NCBI GenBank assembly: GCA_050273025.1 | Contig: CP158635.1 | Coordinates: forward strand, 19,096,001 to 19,160,000 | Origin: Cenococcum geophilum | Taxonomy: Eukaryota | Direction: 5' to 3' | Length of the DNA stretch: 64,000 nt | In this document: piece after piece, positions 1-12,706 of the stretch | Numbering within the stretch: position 1 is the stretch's first letter | Layout of the letters: the number at the start of each line of letters is the position of its first letter | Translations under genes and position numbers: made by a program | The notes under the pieces: model-generated | Database searches by the model: none | What the model was told of the DNA's origin: nothing | The model's input: the letters and a program-made list of their open reading frames with translations, nothing else

Positions 1-971
1 TTATAAAAACCTAATAGGATTCCTAACAACGAAGGAACTTAACTAAAGATAGGTTAAATAGGCAGAGATGCTTACAGAATACTATTTTAAGATTTAGTAT
101 ACTAAAGGAATAAACAACACACAAGCAGACGCTCTAAGTTAAAAAGCTAAACTATAAAGCGATAAAAAGCCATTAGGGGCTTTACTACGAAAAGATATAA
201 ATAGACTAATTAAGTACAATTATTTAAAAATTATAGCAACTTAAGAGAAACTAGATAGAGTTTACAAGTTACCAAAGAGCTTTTAGGCGCAAAAGATCTT
301 TAAAGCACAGCTAGAAGAATAGTTAAAGTATCTAGAGAAAAAAAACACTGTATAAATATAGAGAGGTAAGGTATATTTTAAGAAGCATAGCAGAACACTT
401 TATAGAAGATTTCTATAAGGGAATAACTTAAGGATACAATAGAGCCACGGGCTTAGTATTAAGACTTTAAGAGGAGTATATTATTAACGGAATCTAGGGC
501 TTAGTATAAAAAGTTATAAGAGAATGTCTAGATTACTAAAGAAATAAACTAACGAGGCATAAGCTATATAGAGGGCTACAACCTATTAAAATACTAAAAA
601 GATTATAGGAAGTCATATTATAGGACTTTATTATTAAGTTACTAAGGTTAAAAGACCCTATTACCGGATAAGATTATAACGCGATCTTAGTAATAGTAGA
701 CAAGCTTATAAAGTGGGGATACTTTATAGCATACACAGAAGAAATATTAGCAGAAGATATCGCTAGAATTTATATTAAGGAAGTGTTTATAAGATATAGA
801 GTACTAAGTAAAATTATATCTAACAGAGATCTAAGATTCGTAGTAGTATTTTAGGAGGTATTCTTAGCAGAGTAAGGAGTTTAAGCAGTAACTTCTACTA
901 TATATTATTTACAGACAGATAGTTAAACGGAAAGATTAAATTAAATACTAGAGCAGTATCTAAAACATTAT

Positions 972-1195
972 TGTTTGAATGTAAATAGGTTACATGACAT
1001 AGTCATGTGACCTGCTTCGCTTCCGTCGCTTGGACCCACTTTCTATAGAGTATATAGAGGCCTACGTGGCCTACTTAATACAAGTCAGTCACATCCACAC
1101 AGAGCATACTAGTACTATACGTCTATAGTGCTACGTGCCCTGTGGAAGACTCACTACCCGGGAGACGCTTTATATCATGTAGAGTGATACAAACA
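972..1195. mobile_element. Solo LTR (224 bp) inserted in the Gypsy A integrase
   Basis: TGTTTG...CAAACA termini; 5-bp TSD ATTAT (967-971, 1196-1200); absent from the second Gypsy A copy at ~41380. Confidence 0.88.
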
Positions 1196-2630
1196 ATTAT
1201 ATTAATTATACACAGAATAATTAGGTATTACTATTACTAGTTATATAGTTTATATATAATATAACACCTTAAGAAGGAATAGGCATATTACTATTTAAGG
1301 CAAATTATAGATATAAGCTAAGAATATTGTTATTACTATAATAAGTAAAGAAGACAAGTAGTATAGCTAAAGAAAGGATAAAGATATTAATAAATCTTTA
1401 TATAGACCTTATAGAATTAGTAAAAAAGGTATAAGAGAGAATAAAAAAGTACTATAATGCTAAGAGATCTAAGGGACCAGATCTTAAGGAGGGAGATAAA
1501 GTATAGCTACTATATAAAATTTTTAAGAGTTAACTAAGCAAGAAGTTAGACTACGTTAGACTAGGACCTTTTAAAATTATATAAAGAATTTTACCGGTTA
1601 TATTTAAGTTAAATCTACTAGCTAAAATAAAGATCTACCCTATATAGTATATCGTAATGCTAGAGCCAGTATACGGGAATATGAAGCTACTAGTTTACGA
1701 AGTAGACATATATAGAGGATAAAAAGAAGACAAATAGTAAGTTTTAAAGATCGTTAGTTATAAGAATATTAACGATAAAATATAGTATAAGGTTAAGTAA
1801 ATAGGCTATAACAAGACTACCTAAAAACTACTAGAAAATCTAAAGAACGCTATAGGAAAGGTATAGGAGTATTAGAAGAGATTAGGTTAGGTAACATTAA
1901 TAATAAAAAATCGCTAAAAAATAAGTTACCTAAGGGGGACCCAAGAGAAGCAGCTACTAAGTTATTTAGATCTGTTTCCTTTTTAACTAAAAGAGAATCC
2001 GTTCTTTTATTACCAAGTTCCTATAGACCCTATTCTATAAATTTCTACTCCTTAAAACGAACCTTTTTATAAACCTTCTTAAGACAGATTAACTAAGCGG
2101 ACGCCGCAAGATAAGACTTAAGGGCTTGTTGCTAAGTATTAGCAGCCTCCCATTCCGCGTTATAAGAATAATATAACTCCACCAAAGTAATAGACAGTTT
2201 ATTATCCAGCTATATAATAGTAGATTAAATATAAAACCCTAAAATAAATTAATTAGGGAACCAGACGACTATTTAAAGTAATAGGTTATATATATTTAGC
2301 ATTAGAAATAAAGCAAACGTCGTAGGACGAACAAATATTTACTTTAGTATACTTAGAATAAGAGGACAGTTATTATAAAGATGGGTTCGCTAACGTAATA
2401 TAAACTAACCCCTCTTTTAAATAATGAGAATATGGAGACGGTATAATCTCACTAAGAGATAGTATTATAGTAATAGTGTGAGTACGCCAGACAGTCGAAG
2501 ATAAAGAAATTACTTTAGGTATAATAAGCAATAATATTAACCAAATTAATTAGATAGATATTATACCTCTAGTAAACAACTTAGAGATATTTAGAATCTT
2601 TAAGGACGAAAATAAAGAGGAGGGAGATAG

Positions 2631-3027
2631 TGTTATGGACGCTTTAAGTATAATATTACGACTACTTAGAGAAGAGTTAGAAGAAGCTAGTTAGTTAATT
2701 TAGGTATGGTCTAGAATAGAGCTAATAGAGCTATATAATAAGGAATAGTAACTAAGGTTATATAACGTAATCTATAATAGAGTAAATAGAGCACACGTAT
2801 ATTATGTATAAGAAGGATTTTATAGGAGTACGGTCGTATATTTAAAGGACCACAGTCCCTACCTAGATAGTTCCTTCCTTATAGTAATTCTTAGAATATA
2901 ATTAAAGTTAATCTATTAAGCAACCACTCCACTAGTTATTATTACGTTGTTAACTTTATCTTACATTACCTATACACCTAGCCTAATAATAAGCCCATTG
3001 TAGTACCTGCTATAAGGTTCCGTTATA
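2631..3027 (+). repeat. 3' LTR of Gypsy A copy 1 (397 bp)
   Basis: Matches the LTRs at 35402-35825 and 42817-43240 but is 27 bp shorter in a short tandem ATCTATAGG-like tract. Confidence 0.9.
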
Positions 3028-5307
3028 TTATAAATACGTCTTTATAAGTTAGATATTTATTAACTTAGACCCCTCCCTACCTTATTAGGCGTCTTAGACG
3101 CTATCCAAAACTCTATTTAGGACGTTTAGTAGCTAGCTATAGGTAAGCTTAATAGGGGAACACTTTATTATAATATAGACCTTAGAGTTATAGGTAAAAG
3201 CTACTTCTTTAAGTAGGGAGGCCTAATTAGACTATTCCTAGTTTGTAAATATATATAGGTATACCTTAAGCTCCTAGTTCTAATACTTTATCTAACTATC
3301 TATCTACGGGTAGAATATAGTGCTAAGTTTATATTAAACGCGGAGATGGTAGCATATAATACTCTAATACTTACTTATAAATATACTACCCCTATTAAAA
3401 ATAATATTATCTAGAGGCCCTATTTACGTAAAAACTCTAAATAAGAGTTCTACGAGTTACGTAGCATTAATTATCTTATATACTAGATAGTAGCGCACTA
3501 GCTTTATAAAATAGTCTATAAGGATAAGGACAAAGTTATACTCTACGCTATTAGGAGTTTTAAACTCTAGGAAATCCATAATAAAGTTAAGTAAATAATG
3601 CCGCTAGGCTTAAATAGGGACCTAGAGAGGCTGCAGCTTACTATAGGGTTTATAGTAACGCGATTTAAAGCGTTAGTAGGTATTATAATTATCTAGGTAT
3701 TTGCGGAGGTCCTAGGTAAGGCCGTTTTAAATATACTTCTATATAATTACCTTAAAAGTATAGTTAAAACCATAGTAGCCGCCTATCATGATAGAATTAT
3801 TATAATTCCGCTTAAGGATCTCCTATTATAATAGTATATAATTTAGCACCTAGACCTTATTGTTTTACCTTAGGAGTCCTTAATTATTAAGGGTATAATC
3901 CTTATTACTGGTAGGAACTCGTTCCTAGATTAACTAATCGCATATAAAGCGTATAAAGGCGTCCCTTTTTTATACTCTATAAATAAAATTAACTAATAAC
4001 TTAGGGGGGTGTTCTATAAACGCTGTTTCAGCTAAAGTAGCTACTACTACCTCTTACTATAGCACGATACTCTACGTAAAGTTAGTACTAGCAAAATAAT
4101 ATATAATATATAGGTAACTCACTAGGTTATTATAGGAAACCATAGCCTAGGCTAAGGGGTCTTTCCTAGGGTTAAGCACTATTAGGTTAATTAAAGTAGT
4201 TTTTAAAAAGAATAGTAGGATACTCTAATCCGCCGGCGCTAAGTTTATAAGGGTTACTTATATACTACATACATACTACTCACTAGTGTAGTATAATAGT
4301 ACTAGGGCCGCCCATAAGGCCTATAACCCACAACTTTTGCTATAATATAGATAGTATAGTATTAAGGAGTATCCTCTTACTACTATCTTTAAAGCCTTTA
4401 GTATAATCCAGGCGCCAGAATAGTATATTAGCGGGATTTACTTTACCTAGCTTATATTTAATCTTAAAATTAAACTTAGCTAGTTTTTTTTACCGTACTA
4501 GGCCTAGCGAGTAGATAAGCTCTTAGTAATTATAAAGTACCTAAGATTATTATAATCGCAGAGCACGCGCATTACATACGCGGCGTATTTAAGGTAATAG
4601 CGCCACGTCTTAAAGTATTATACTATAGCGAGTGGTTCTTTGTTATATATATTATACTATACTTTTAGGCTAGTAAGCTTCTAACTATAATAAGCGATTA
4701 GGTACTAGTAAAGTTAATCTCCCTACCCTAAAAGCTATAGAAGTATACTATTATAGGTATAGTCAGAAGCGTTAGTAATTACTATTAGGGGTAAATTAGA
4801 GTTAAAGTAGTAAAGTAGAGGAGCCTATATAAATATAGCGCGTAGCTTATAAAACGCCTACTATGCGTTATTAGGCTAGGACTAAGGTTAATACCATTTA
4901 ATAGGCCCTTTTAACTTATACTTCTTCTTCTTTTTCCTATTTAACGTTAGGTTGTAATATACCTATATAAGCTATATATATAGGGGGTATATAGTATCTA
5001 AGTAGTTCTAGATAAATCGCCTATAAAAGTTAGTAAAGCTAAGGAAAACCTAGATGTCCCTATAGAACTTAGGCTTAGGCTATTCCTTAATAGCTTTTAC
5101 GCGGTTAGGGTCTATTATAATACCACTAGGGGTAATAATAAAGCCTAGGAACTTAACGTTCTTAATATAAAAGATATATTTTAACAGTTTAGTATATAGG
5201 CTCTAAGCGCAGAGCTGTCGCAGTACTTACTTAATATACTTAACGTGCTTATCCTTATTATTTAAGTAAATAAGAATATTATCTAGGTAAACTATATAAA
5301 TAGTATC

Positions 5308-5392
5308 GGCCGTCGAAAACGGATTCTGCACCTATACGTGGTGACGGCTACGAACTTAGGTCTTCGAAGTTTAGACCCAGAGCCAACGCAGA
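5308..5392 (+). ncRNA. HDV-like self-cleaving ribozyme fold, copy 1 (G>A change in L3)
   Basis: P1 GGCCGTC/GACGGCT, P2 TCTGC/GCAGA, P3 ACC/GGT, L3 TATACGT, P4 hairpin, J4/2 CCAAC. Confidence 0.72.
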
Positions 5393-6328
5393 GACGTTAT
5401 ATAGCGCGTGCAAGTAGGACCTAGTAGTTGTGTGCGTCGTAAGGCGTAGTGAAAAGTTTTTATATGGGATGGTGAGATCTCGAAAACCACTACTAACGGT
5501 ACCCCTTTATAATACAGCCACTAGTTCTCCTACTAAGCACCTATGTAATCCAACATGGATAAACAGCTTTTAAAAGCATCCCCTAGCCCCTAATGGAAAG
5601 CATTAATAACCTTATATCGACGGACGAATAAGCGTATAAGCAAACGAACAAATAAGCAAATATACGGCCCCTTTTAACCCCTAGGGCAGTCGCCCGCGGA
5701 GTATGCGGTCACTTGCCGTTTTTAACTACTAAATATTACCTAGCAGCTTGGATTACGACCTACGGTTTTCCCTATCTCCTTTTAACGGAGTAGTGACCCT
5801 TAGAGAGGGCCTAGCTAGGGCCTAGGCATAAAAGATACCCAAATAACACAATATCCCGCTTGCTTATTAGTATTACGGTAGTTAGAACGGATAAATCCCC
5901 CTTACGCCTTTAATGGCTTTAGGGGGGGGGAGGTAAGGCGTATATAGCAGTGGTTTATATAAGAGATAGTGTATAGGGGATAGGCAAGATATAGGATATA
6001 AAGAGATAATAAGACATAGTAATTGATTAGCAAGGCCTAGCTAGGACGTAGTGAACCCTAGCTTTAATAAGCTAGAGAAGGAAGTAGTGGTTCCTAAGGA
6101 GTTCAAAATATCTAAGGAGGAGGACATGCAGTAGGCCCGTAGGGCCGCTGCTATATATAAATATAGCAAATCGGGGTTTTTTATCCTACTGAGGCTGCTT
6201 ATAGGGTTTTTCCTCCCCTAACTGCAGGGTTTTCTTTATATAAATTACAAGTTTTCCCCCCTGTAACGGAGTAGTCTGTGTGGGCCAAGATAGGATCCAT
6301 ATTAAACGTTAATTAAAGAACTACTACT
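5308..6328 (+). mobile_element. Non-autonomous non-LTR retroelement (SINE-like, ~1.02 kb), copy 1
   Basis: 17-bp TSD ACTATATAAATAGTATC (5291-5307, 6329-6345); (CTA)n tail; near-identical to 16454-17470; no ORF. Confidence 0.9.
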
Positions 6329-6617
6329 ACTATATAAATAGTATCTACTAGGGTTTCTAGAGCTTTATAAATATAGCTCTAAAAAGTTATAGGGGCGTTA
6401 ATAAGACTAAAGGGCATTACTAGGTACTTAAAGTAACTATAGCGTATTTTAAATATGGTCTTTTATTTATCTCCCTTTTTAATATAAATTTTATGGTACG
6501 TATTATAAAGATCTAGCTTTATAAATATCTTTATATAGCTAAGCCTATTAAAGAGTTCGCCGACTAGTAGTAGGGGGTATTAATTTTTAATTATAATCTT
6601 ATTTAGGCGTCTATAGT

Positions 6618-9600
6618 TATTGGTTATATAGGGTGACTTACCAATAATGACTACTTGAGTAGGGTTATAGTGATATTGGTTGATAAAGCTTTTTAATTGG
6701 AATAAGGAAGGGCGAGGAGCTTAAGGCTCCTTGCTACGCTAGTGCCGCGGCGACACGTGATGGCAACTTGCCATTACGTGACGGCAGTTTGCCGTATGTA
6801 ACGGTAAATTGCCTTATTCCCGACACTGGCAACTCTTCTTTTATGGTTACCCTCTATATATAAATACTGCTTAACTATTATAATAAATATAGATCCTCCT
6901 TACTTACTATTGCTATTATAATATAAGTCTTACTGTTTTAAAATTTGCCTTTTAATACGTGGTGCTTTCTTGCTAAGGAGTTATAGGTAGATATTATGTT
7001 AGGGCTGTTAGGGCTGCTAAGGCGCTAGCTATAAGTAAGCTAATAGCGATTTTCTATACTGGGTATGGAAAATCCTAATTAGCTAGTTAAAATTAGGGTC
7101 TGTAGAGTATTATACTTTTACTCCCTTTTAACCTAACCTTTAACTTATATGCGTAAAGTATTTATATTAATAAACATTTCTAAAGCCTTATTTAGGTTTA
7201 CCTTTATTATTACATCTGCTAGGTTATTTTAACTATTAATCTATTAAATCTTAAAGAGTTCTCACTATTTATAGGATTAATAAAGTGCCATAATATTAAT
7301 TATAAGGCGCTTTTCCTTTATAGTACTAAGCTTAACTAAGCACTTATAAAGGGAGTATAAGTTAGTACATACGATTATAAAGATAATAGGAAGTTTAAGT
7401 TAATCTGTAATTATCTTTAGGGTAGTTCTAATTGTAATTGCTATATTAACTCCGCTAACTATTCTATATATCTCTAACGCTAGAACGCTTTAAGTAACGC
7501 GTTTACTTTTAGTTAAGCTTTAATAGATAAGATTGCCGTAGATTATAAAGTTATTCTCTTTAGTAGATTTATTTGTAATAATAATCTTATATCCTAGCTA
7601 GGAGCTAAAATCTTTATTATTTATAAATAATCTATTAACAAATATAAAGAGCTTAGCGGTGGGAAGATTAATAGGCATATAGAGTAGTCCTTAGTCGAGA
7701 TGGTTTATTTACTAGGAAAGACGCTTATTTAGGGTAAGGACGTTATCCTTAGTTAGTTTCTAGTATTAAGCGGCAATAAAGAGATTAAATAAAGCCTTAG
7801 GTTAATAGATAGAAGCGATATAAGCTTTATAAGCGCGTTACTCTACATATCTTTATTTTAGAGAATTAACGTTAATAACGTTAATCTTCTTACCTTAACT
7901 CTTCTAGTATAAAGTAATGGAATCCTTGTTTAGGGAGAGGACACATTTATTAAAGAGTAATAGTGTTATTAAATTAAGCTTTTCCTTTAGCTTTGCTATA
8001 AGATTTACCTTTACTAGCTTGTTTTCTTTAAGAGCTAAGAATTAGTTATCTCCTAAGATAATTATATTGTTGGTTTATATGCTGATAATTCTAAATAGAG
8101 TTCCCGTAGTTATAATAAGGAAGTATAGATTAAATATAGAAGTAGTTATTAAAAGCTTCTCTTTATGGTGCTTACTATAAGTAGCCTACTAGTGAGTTCC
8201 TGCCTCTATAATTCTATATAATAGCTTAAGCATAACCATAATTATATCTTCGGAGTATTAGTGGCGAATTTACTCTAGAAGGTATACTAATATTAAGCGC
8301 TAAAGGTGCGTCTCTAATTAGGTGTAGGCCTAAGTAATATCTCGCAGATAGACTGCTATTCTATTCTTTATTAGGGAGGGAGCTAGTATAATAATAACTT
8401 GCTAACTAGCTCGTTAAATTATAGGAGATTATATAAGAATTACCTCCTTACTATCGTCGTTATAGCCTTAGATAATAAGCCTTAATTTCTTAAATAGGGC
8501 GTTAGTAGCTTTGCCTTTAATCTTATTAACTATTCTTAACTTAAAGATGCGAACTTTATTAAACTTAGTAGGGTTATACTTCTTAAATTTAAAGACCCCT
8601 CTTATAATAAGACTATTGATCTCCTGCTTATTAGATGCTTAGAAAGGAGCTTCTAGAGTTATAATACGACCTTCCTTTTAGAGCTATTTTGCAAGTTTAA
8701 AGTTAGCCTTCTCCTTAGCTGTTATAAAGGCCATTAATAGCTTAACTTTATTCTTAATGGCGGCAATAAATTACTCTTTAAAATTAATAAGATGTTAGTA
8801 ATTTTGTAATCCCTTTAGGCGACCTTTACCGCGTTATAGTTACGGCGTATCTACTACAATTATATTAGGATTGTGGTCGCCTTTTAGAGCATGTTAATTA
8901 TAGCTTTTCTCTAGGGTATTTTCTATAGTATTCTATAAAGGCTTAGAACTATTATTTTTATAATAAGGCTTAATAATAGTTAAACGGAATTAAGTGGGTC
9001 TGTAAGGTATTTAAATAGTATAAGTTTAACTATTAATTATAATAAGTTAATGTAGGCCTAACTATCCTCCCTTTTTACACTATACGCGTACCTTAGACTA
9101 AAGTGGCAGATTAAGTATAGTTAAGGTGTTTAGGCCATTTCTTATTCCTAGTGCGTTATTAACCTAGTATATAGCGTAGAGATGTTATACCTCCTTTGTT
9201 ACCTTATAAATAGCCTTAGCTTATTATATAATAGAGGGAGATAGTAAAGAATTGTTAGTTATTTAAGGGTAGGCGCTAAAGACTAATAATATAGGTATGA
9301 GTCCATCCGGGCTAGCGGAATTATTAATAGCTTTAATAGCTATTTATAAGGTAAGTTCTTCGCTAGTATTCTCTAGTTCTAAAGAGATAATCTTATATAC
9401 GCGGCGTAATGGCGTATAATATTATTCTACTTTTTTAATACTATTATATGCCTTAATAGGGACTTCCTTAACCTTAATTGCCATTGCCTTTATCTATTAT
9501 TAAAACTCTACGGATAAGAAGTTCTTTTTTATATTATAGATAATTTAATTAGGGGGTTCTAGGTAGACATCGATCTAGTATAATTAAAGGGTATCCTATA

Positions 9601-12600
9601 CGTTCCTAGCTAATATATCCTTTAAGAATTATGCGGCTTAAAAGGAGGTTAAGAAGTTAATAACTTAGAGTACTAGCTTACCGCTAAGATATATAACATT
9701 AACAATAATATAGAAGTTAAAGTTATAGTTATTTTTAAGGGTAAACTTAAATCGGCTAGGGGACTTTTGGTTTATTTAGTATTAATAGTAGTACTTTATA
9801 AGATGCTTAATTGCCTTAACCTTAACTTTATAGCCTGCCTACTAAAGAACCCTAAGTAATTAGTAAATGGATAGGTGGCTAAAATAATAGTGTAGTTAAC
9901 GTAACTCTAACTTAGTTAAATAGCTCTAAGTAATACTCTTTTCTAGTTAATAAAGGAGTAACTAGGGGTAACCCTACTTGCATATAACGGGTACCTAATT
10001 ATCTCCCTAAATGAGTACATTCTTAAGGTTATTAAGCTTAACGCCTAATTTATTTATATCTCTAATATAAAATAGAAATAGGGTGTTTATAGAAATAACG
10101 TAAAAGGTAATATACCCTAAGGGGGTTTGGACCCTAATTGTGCCAATAAAGATTATAGTACCCTTGCTAAAACGAATTGTGTATTAGCCTGCCGTTAAAT
10201 AGTTAATCTAAATAGAGCTATTAAGCTGCTAAAGGGCTTGAACTTAAGGTTCTCTTACTATAGATACTCCTGCGGCTCTAGTATCTGGTATAATACTATA
10301 GAAGATGTTTACTGAGTATCTATTATTAAAGGAGAACGCGGAACTCTCCCTTAGCTTGTTAAAGATATCTAACTTCGTAGTAAAATAAAGCGTAAATTAG
10401 TTATTAAGAATAGTAATAGTTTATATACTATTTACCTTACCATACTTAGTAAAGTATTAGTTGGGTAAGTACTCCTTAATTTCTATATCTATAAGGAGCT
10501 GTTTGGCCTTATTAACCTTACCCTTAAGATCTTTTATGCCTTTATATTAAACTAGGAAGCTTTAAAAGTAGGCTATAGTAACCTTATAATTTTTAACATT
10601 TCTTATACTTTAGCGGAACTTATTATATACCTCCTTTTATTTATTAAGAGAATGCCTAGTTAACTAGCAATTTGGTTTCTTACAAATATAGCACTTTTTT
10701 TAGCAATTACTTTAAAATAAACCTCTATGAGGACCTCTACCTTTGCCTTATAGTTATTAATTATACTCTTTGCTGTATTACCTACCCTAGCTACTATATA
10801 TTTGATTAGTCTAGTTATAATTATATTAGTTGGGCGGGTTAATTAAAGTAGGTTAGAGTTAGGCGTTAAATTGCTGTACTTCTTAAGAGCGTAGAGCGGT
10901 GCTAATAAAAGATCTTAATTAAGTATATACTTCTTTATAAGTATTTACAGGATTAAAGAGAGTAAGGTTATATTCTTTAACACCTTAATATACGCTAATA
11001 ACTTAATTATATAGGCTAAAGTCCTCTTAATATAATTTAGATAAACCACGCTAAATTATCTAAAGTTAATTAAAGAGCTTTTAAAGATAATTAAGCTAAG
11101 GGATACCTAGGTTTATAGCAATAATTCTTAGGAAGGTAGTCTCTCTTTATTCTAATATATACTGCTGCTTATTCTCTTCTGTTTTAAAGTAGTATCTTAA
11201 CTTATATATTATGCGGTTAAAATTATATCCTTTTCCTACCAAACGATTATAATAGAAGGTACTAGCTTGGCCCTTAAGTATAACGGAATAGGCGTTATAG
11301 TATTAATTAGACTCTATTTTTACCTTTTAGCAATAGTTATAAAAGATACGTAGTTTCGAATTAAGAACATTGTATAATTCTCCGCTAAACTTCTTCTCCT
11401 AATCTAAATAGAGCTTTGTAAGCTCTATAAGCAATTTTAAACTACCTTTAATTTAAGATTAAGATAGAGGAGGTAAGAGTTATATTGTAGGCTATAGTGG
11501 GGATGTAGGTCTAGTTAGTGGAGTCTAAAGGTTAGTAAATTGTAAAGTAAGGGGATCTTGTGCTTACTTATGTTAAGAGGCAGTAGTTAAAGTTATGGGT
11601 TAAATTAGTAGATTCTAGGGAACTAAAGATAGAGGTAGAGGCGATGGATATAGAACGGAAGAACTTATGCCTAGAGTAATAGAATTAAAACGCGTCTCTT
11701 ATAGTATATTACTTAGATTCTATTATAAGTTAAGCTTCCTTATAGTGCGTAGTTGGTGCTTAATCTCTTATACAGTCTATTTGTGCTCTTTTTTTACATT
11801 AAAAACCTACTTCTAAATGTTATCTCTAATAATATCCCCGTCCTTAGAAACAAATACTCCATTCTCCTAAAGGAGGTTATAGAAGTCCTATATAATATCC
11901 TTATTCATAGGGGCCTATATTTTCTTTATCTATCTAATAAAGTCCTCCTTTATACATTCCCATAGCGCGGTATTGTTATATTTACTATCTTATAATATAC
12001 TATACGGTATAATAAAAATCTATTTAAGTCTTATTTATTAGCGTTTATAAGGTTAATTATAGCTTTATTCTATGTCTTTGGGTTAATATCTTCCTTATAC
12101 TTCTTTGGGTAGGTTAACGCCATAGTAGGTATAAAATTGACGGGGTGTTGTATATTGAAGGTAGGTAGGATTTTTGGTTTTATAGGATCTTATAGGTTTG
12201 CTGTTAAGAGGTAGGCAATTTAAGATATTATTTAACGCGTTTTGGATGTTAACTTGGGACCTTAGGTTTAGTAATACTTTTAACCTAAAGTACTTAACCA
12301 AATCTTTGTAAACGCAGTTATTCTATATAATAGACGCAACTTAGTATCTCCTAATACTTAGTAACACTTCTATTACTAGTTTTCCGTAAGTTTAAGGTAG
12401 CACAGTATCGCCGGGATCTATTCTATATAAGCGTATATAGCACCCCTATATAAGACTATCTCTTTTATTTAAAAACCTAGCTGCTCTATAGTTAACTGTG
12501 TATTTAACCACTAATTAGTATTAGTTATATAGGGTGACTTACCAATAACGACTACTTAAGTAGGGTTACAGTAATATTAGTTAATAAAGCTTTTTGATTG

Positions 12601-12706
12601 GAATAAGGAAGGGCGAGAAGCCTAAGGCTCCTCGCCACGCTAGTGCCGTGGCAACACGTGATGGCAACTTGCCATCACGTGACGGCAAATTGCCTTATTC
12701 CCGACA
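6618..12706 (-). mobile_element. Full-length Ty1/Copia LTR retrotransposon, RIP-inactivated
   Basis: LTRs 6618-6825 and 12519-12706 end in CCGACA; TSD ATAGT (6613-6617, 12707-12711). Minus-strand order is gag (CYICKKPNC-like knuckle), protease (IPDTRAA-like), integrase, RT (KSRLIIQGYND, KPLYGI-like), RNase H. Confidence 0.92.

Larger units (their letters stand above)
1..3027 (+). mobile_element. Ty3/Gypsy (chromovirus-type) LTR retrotransposon, family A, 3' part (RNase H, integrase, chromodomain, 3' LTR); RIP-inactivated
   Basis: Colinear with ~40415-43240 of the full-length copy. Degenerate integrase motifs (IMDFIIKL, HPQTDGQTER-like). PPT GAGGAGGGAGATAG precedes the LTR at 2631-3027. Confidence 0.93.
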
